Shown one piece after another: positions 59,769 through 64,000 of a DNA stretch of 64,000 bases (position 1 is its first letter; each line of letters starts with the position of its first letter). The stretch lies in assembly GCA_021817785.1 (NCBI GenBank), contig JAKAFY010000002.1, forward strand, positions 11,750 to 75,749. The letters run 5' to 3'. This stretch comes from a bacterium (GTDB taxonomy: Bacteria > Patescibacteriota > Microgenomatia > UBA10105 > UBA927). The notes below the pieces were generated by a model, which ran no database searches, was not told the DNA's origin, and saw nothing but the letters and a program-made list of their open reading frames with translations. Position numbers and translations under genes: made by a program.

Positions 59769-60419
59769 TTACACAATAATTTTCAGCTGGCGGAGGATGG
59801 GGAGTAATACTTCAAACGGCAGGCCGATGACGTTGGTGTAGGAGCCATCAATTTTGGTGACTAAATCCCACGGCGTTTCGTTTAGGGCGTAGCCCGCTGC
59901 AAAGCGCGTAAAGTCGTAGTGGGTCACATAACTTTCGAGTTCCGGGCCGGTCAACTTCCTGAGTGTTACTTTGGTTTCCACGGTCTTCGTCCAGGTCTTT
60001 TTTAACTTCCCCATGGCGATATGGGAGATGACGACACACGTCGTAAACGTATGGGTTTTGCCCATGAGATCCTTCAAGATCCGGATGGCGTCATCGCGGT
60101 CTACGGCTTTGCCGTAGCTTTTTTTGCCCACGATCGCTTCAGAGTCCGCCGTGATGACCACCACATCCCGATCTTCCGGGATCATGTAGACTCTCGGATT
60201 GTTGACGATTTCCGTATTTTTGGCCGCGGCCCGTTTTTGGATCATTTTAGCAGGGTTCGGATCCGTGATTTTGTCTTCATCCAGGCGGGTGACAGCCACG
60301 CGGAAACGAATGGCTAGCTTTTCCAAGAGGCTTCTCCGGCCGATGGACTGGGAGGCGAGCACGACATCGGGCGCTAATGGTTCTTCTTCCTGATTTTTGG
60401 AGGCGAAAGATAATTTCAT
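59769..60419 (-). CDS. maf: Maf-family nucleoside triphosphate pyrophosphatase
   Basis: VLASQSIGRRSLL, ITADS, AAGY, DGSYTNVIGLP. Confidence 0.9.
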   Translation of the reverse strand: MKLSFASKNQEEEPLAPDVVLASQSIGRRSLLEKLAIRFRVAVTRLDEDKITDPNPAKMIQKRAAAKNTEIVNNPRVYMIPEDRDVVVITADSEAIVGKKSYGKAVDRDDAIRILKDLMGKTHTFTTCVVISHIAMGKLKKTWTKTVETKVTLRKLTGPELESYVTHYDFTRFAAGYALNETPWDLVTKIDGSYTNVIGLPFEVLLPILRQLKIIV

Positions 60420-60781
60420 TATGCCGTAGTATAGCGTATTTTGGAGAATTTTGCGAGGAGGGGATTATGTAGGCCACTGCAACGGTCGGCCTCTCCCATT
60501 TTGTTCTGTGACTAATTTTTGAAATTTAGCTTCTCGTCGAGTTCGAAATATTTTGTTGGCTTTTTCGCCCGTAAAATTTTTAGCGAGTTCCGCAGCATCA
60601 TCTCCTGCGGCCTGTCGGAGTGAAAAATCATCACCCTTTATTTCAACCGTTTTACTATGTATGGATACATACATATTTGTATTATACCCCACAATACAAG
60701 CGGTGTGCCGCTATGGGGCTTGATTGACTCGTTAGCGAATCGATGCATATCGATGAGTGTACGTCATCAATCCTAGCGCTT

Positions 60782-60835
60782 TGTGCCCCTAGAGGGAATT
60801 GAACCCCCATCTTGCCCTTAGGACGGGCCTGCTCT
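60782..60835 (-). pseudogene. 3' fragment of a second tRNA-Arg(CCT)
   Basis: AGAGCAGGCCCGTCCTAAGGGCAAGATGGGGGTTCAATTCCCTCTAGGGGCACA; 5' acceptor strand absent. Confidence 0.75.
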
Positions 60836-60852
60836 CCGCCTGCCATAGCCTG

Positions 60853-60924
60853 TGCCCTTGGGGGGAATCGAACCCTCATCTCACCCTTAGGACGGGTTTG
60901 CTCTATCCATTGAGCTACAAAGGC
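60853..60924 (-). tRNA. tRNA-Arg(CCT)
   Basis: GCCTTTG/CAAGGGC acceptor stem, TAGCTCAATGGATAGAGC D-arm, anticodon loop GTCCTAA, GGTTCGATTCC. Confidence 0.92.
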
Positions 60925-60991
60925 GCCCAGGTATTATAGCATCATAAACCACACGGTTGACACCCGTGATGTCTGGGTGCATAATCAATTC

Positions 60992-61384
60992 ATGTATTCT
61001 ACGCATCAAAAGGGTGTGTATGGTGAATTAGCATTTACGCTCCGGCTTATCGAAAAAGGATATTCTGTCTTGCACCCGGTCAATCCGAATTCCAGTTATG
61101 ACCTTGTCGTAGAAAAGGATGGTGTTTTTCAACGAATACAGGTAAAATACCTTACATCGCGACATGGAGTAGTCCGTATAGAGCTTGATCGTCCGAAACG
61201 GAAGACCGCTTCATATCGTGATCGCAAGATTGATGCGATAGGGGTGTATGAATCGACAGGGAAAAAATGCTATCTGATTCCTATCGCGTCTATACAAGTG
61301 AAATCTGATTATTGGTTGCGGACGGATAATCCAAAAAATAATCAATATAAAGGGATTCATTTGGCGACGGAGTTTGAATTGTAG
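60992..61384 (+). CDS. PD-(D/E)xK endonuclease (group-I-intron-associated/PDDEXK_5-like)
   Basis: KGVYGE, SYDLVV, RIQVK, IDAIGVY...YLIP. Confidence 0.85.
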   Translation: MYSTHQKGVYGELAFTLRLIEKGYSVLHPVNPNSSYDLVVEKDGVFQRIQVKYLTSRHGVVRIELDRPKRKTASYRDRKIDAIGVYESTGKKCYLIPIASIQVKSDYWLRTDNPKNNQYKGIHLATEFEL

Positions 61385-61460
61385 CGGGGTGTGGCTCAGT
61401 TGGTAGAGCGCTTCGTTCGGGACGAAGAGGTCGTGAGTTCAAGTCTCACCACCCCGACCA
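61385..61460 (+). tRNA. tRNA-Pro(CGG)
   Basis: CGGGGTG/CACCCCG acceptor stem, loop TTCGGGA, GTTCAAGTC, encoded CCA. Confidence 0.96.
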
Positions 61461-61469
61461 TAATAAAGG

Positions 61470-62771
61470 TTACTTTAAATTCACCACATAGAGGTTGTTG
61501 ACTTCGGAGGCCGATGAATTGAGGTTGGTTAAAATCACGAGTTTCCCGCCGCTGGCCCAGGGCACGGCGAAACTATCCCAAAACGGGCCGGCGTAGGCCG
61601 TACGCACATTTGCCCCGTCGTAATCCATGATCTGTACTTTATCTTTGACCACATATACCAGATGCCGTGAGGTAGGCAGCCAGCGCAGTATGGTGCTGAC
61701 GTCGACAACGGGCGTTGGTGTCGGAAGTGTGCCTTTCCGTACCGGTGTGGGAATCGGGGCGACGGGAAACTGCGCCGCATTTAACACCAGGTAATTCCTA
61801 TCTTCTTTGATGTCGTAGACGTAGAGATTGTTCGGTTTGATCGTGCGGGTTTCTTCCGTAGGATCGGTGCCGATAATCGGCGGGGTGATGATTTGGGGAA
61901 GGGTTGCGCTTGCGGTGGCTTCATACAGAATCTTTGTTTCGTCCGGGGACAGGGCGATGATGGTAGCAGACGTCGATGCCACATCGGTAAACGCGGGAGG
62001 GATGGTAACCAACTGTTCTTTGGTCCGCTGATCTTTGAGCGTTTGCCAATCAGTTTGAACTGTTTTGATATTGATAAGCGTAAGATTGGGATTGAGTTTG
62101 TCGGTATCCAAAAGGTAACCGAGTGGTGCGGACAGGCCGGTCTGTGTCGGCGGAGTGGCGAGTATCTGCTTGCTGTCCGGAGACCAGTGCAGCGCGGCCT
62201 TGCTGAAGTCTGTGCCGTTACTCTGGGCAATCTGCCGGGCATCGCGGTTTAATCCCAGTGGTTTGTCTACCAGGTCTAATACCCATATGCCGGGTCGGGT
62301 AGGAGAAAGCGTACCGGAAATGGTGGCCTGCGGCTGGTCCGGGACGACGTAGGCAAGCTTGCTGCCGTCGGGAGAGAGTATCGGCGATACCACTCCGCTG
62401 ACGGTAAGGGCAGTCAGAGACGGATTGACGGGTAAAAGTAGTGCATCGATTTTTGTGACCACTTCTCCCTGGACTTTGACCCGTTTTTTCCAGGGCTGGA
62501 ATCCTTCTTTGGCTATAGTGACGTTGTACCAGCCGGGAGCGAGAGTGAGGGTGGCCTGTGTGGCCGTGGTAATTTTGTCATCCACGATGATCTGGGCGCC
62601 TGACGGATCGGACTGCGCGACGACCAGCCCTGTGGCATTGAGTTCCCGGTCGCCGAAATTAAACCGGTAGCCGCGCCCATAGGAAATAATCGCGGCAGCC
62701 GTGCCGAATATGATACATACCGTAACGAAAGATATCAGAAATGATCGGATATTTGAAAACATACGGAACAC
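61470..62771 (-). CDS. PEGA-domain membrane protein with TolB-like propeller repeats
   Basis: N-terminal TM, SDPSGAQI...LAPGWYNVTIAKEGFQPW, SPDGSK/WSPDSK/LSPDET. Confidence 0.85.
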   Translation of the reverse strand: MFRMFSNIRSFLISFVTVCIIFGTAAAIISYGRGYRFNFGDRELNATGLVVAQSDPSGAQIIVDDKITTATQATLTLAPGWYNVTIAKEGFQPWKKRVKVQGEVVTKIDALLLPVNPSLTALTVSGVVSPILSPDGSKLAYVVPDQPQATISGTLSPTRPGIWVLDLVDKPLGLNRDARQIAQSNGTDFSKAALHWSPDSKQILATPPTQTGLSAPLGYLLDTDKLNPNLTLINIKTVQTDWQTLKDQRTKEQLVTIPPAFTDVASTSATIIALSPDETKILYEATASATLPQIITPPIIGTDPTEETRTIKPNNLYVYDIKEDRNYLVLNAAQFPVAPIPTPVRKGTLPTPTPVVDVSTILRWLPTSRHLVYVVKDKVQIMDYDGANVRTAYAGPFWDSFAVPWASGGKLVILTNLNSSASEVNNLYVVNLK

Positions 62772-62975
62772 ATATGGTGTGGGAATACCGAAAATGTTCC
62801 TGATCGATAGTTCTCTCCGATGGATCGCGTTCCGCGCAGCTTTTTGATCTACAAGTATATCGTAACGTCGGTATACCGGAGGTCACACTCGGGAAGTGAT
62901 CAGCGAAAATTTTTGTTCCCCTGCACCCGTGTACTGTCGCCCGTATTATACGTCGTACTGTGTTAGAATACTACT

Positions 62976-64000
62976 ATGTTCGGATTCACGAAACGGTTGG
63001 GAATTGACTTGGGCACTGCCAATAGCGTCGTGTGGCTGGCAGGCAGCGGCGTGGTCTTAAACGAACCCACTGTAGTCGCTGTAACGGTAGATGACGGGCG
63101 GGTGGTGGCAGTAGGAAACGAAGCCAAGGATATGTTGGGCAGAACCCCGGGCAATATCACCGCCAGTCGTCCCATGCGGGACGGGGTGATAGCCGACTAT
63201 CAGATCACGGAAGCCATGCTCTCGTACTTTATCGACCGCGCAGTCGGCAGAAACCGCATATTTAAGCCGGAAATCATGATCTGCGTGCCTACCGGGGCCT
63301 CCCAGGTGGAGCGCAGGGCGGTCATCGATGCCACGCTTGCCGCCGGTGCACGGGTGGCATATCTCATCGAAGAGCCGCTGGCTGCTGCCATAGGCGCCAA
63401 AATCCCCATAGCCCAGGCGTCGGGACACATGATCGTGGATATCGGCGGAGGGAGTACGGAAGCGGCCGTCATATCACTAGGCGGCGTCGTAGTCCACAAA
63501 AGCGCCCGCGTAGCCGGAAACAAGCTGGATGAAGCGATCGCCAACTTTGTGAAGAAAAATTACAACCTGATTATCGGCGAACGGATGGCAGAGGCGATCA
63601 AAATCACTATCGGGGATGCAATGGGAAGTCAGACAAAAGTAAACAGTTCACAGTTCACGGAAAAACAAAAACAATTGGCAACTGGCAACTCAAAACTGCC
63701 TGCTGATTCTATGGAGGTGCGCGGCCGGGACGCGGTATCCGGATTGCCGAGAATCATCACGGTAACGCGCGCAGAGCTTACGGCTGCGATAACGCCGGTG
63801 CTTCATCACATCATTTCCGCCATAAAAAGTGTCCTGGAGGAAACGCCGCCGGAGCTTGCCGCGGATATTATCGACAAAGGGATCGTCATGGCAGGAGGCA
63901 CGAGCCTGCTGCGGAATTTTGACAAGCTGGTGACGCAGATGACCGGCGTGCCGGCCCACGTGGCCGATGAGCCGCTTCTGTGTGTCGTGCGGGGCACCGG
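62976..64000 (+). CDS. mreB: Rod shape-determining protein MreB, 3'-truncated by window edge
   Basis: LGIDLGTAN, NEPTVVA, RPMRDGVIADY, EEPLAAAIGA, VDIGGGSTE; missing from the ORF track because no stop falls in the window. Confidence 0.97.
   Translation, partial: MFGFTKRLGIDLGTANSVVWLAGSGVVLNEPTVVAVTVDDGRVVAVGNEAKDMLGRTPGNITASRPMRDGVIADYQITEAMLSYFIDRAVGRNRIFKPEIMICVPTGASQVERRAVIDATLAAGARVAYLIEEPLAAAIGAKIPIAQASGHMIVDIGGGSTEAAVISLGGVVVHKSARVAGNKLDEAIANFVKKNYNLIIGERMAEAIKITIGDAMGSQTKVNSSQFTEKQKQLATGNSKLPADSMEVRGRDAVSGLPRIITVTRAELTAAITPVLHHIISAIKSVLEETPPELAADIIDKGIVMAGGTSLLRNFDKLVTQMTGVPAHVADEPLLCVVRGT

Overview
64 kb of bacterial chromosome, inferred to be Patescibacteria/CPR (Microgenomates-like) from gene content, orphan density, a PaaX/Cas2-like regulator and many apparently leaderless promoters. 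Conserved genes are argS, kup, an NRAMP + MgtE_N/CBS pair, lepA, a RelE/HTH toxin-antitoxin pair, glycosyltransferases, a sortase with an adjacent substrate, an M16 peptidase, two Maf-like genes, two adenylate-kinase-like genes, ndk, tRNA-Arg, tRNA-Pro and mreB, interleaved with orphans. The strongest unexplained structures are: (1) a slightly asymmetric 34-bp palindrome present four times, two copies bracketing the PaaX-like gene in direct orientation just upstream of five tandem paralogs with a shared N-terminal domain and variable C-termini; (2) several families of 7/8/9-nt degenerate repeats and palindromic mini-elements sitting in frame inside housekeeping genes; (3) a 2098-aa protein with hydrophobic Gly-rich segments and a GT2-like domain; (4) a Shine-Dalgarno-driven lipoprotein island containing a hairpin-dense 1.2-kb non-coding region. 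All calls were made by eye; no searches were run.
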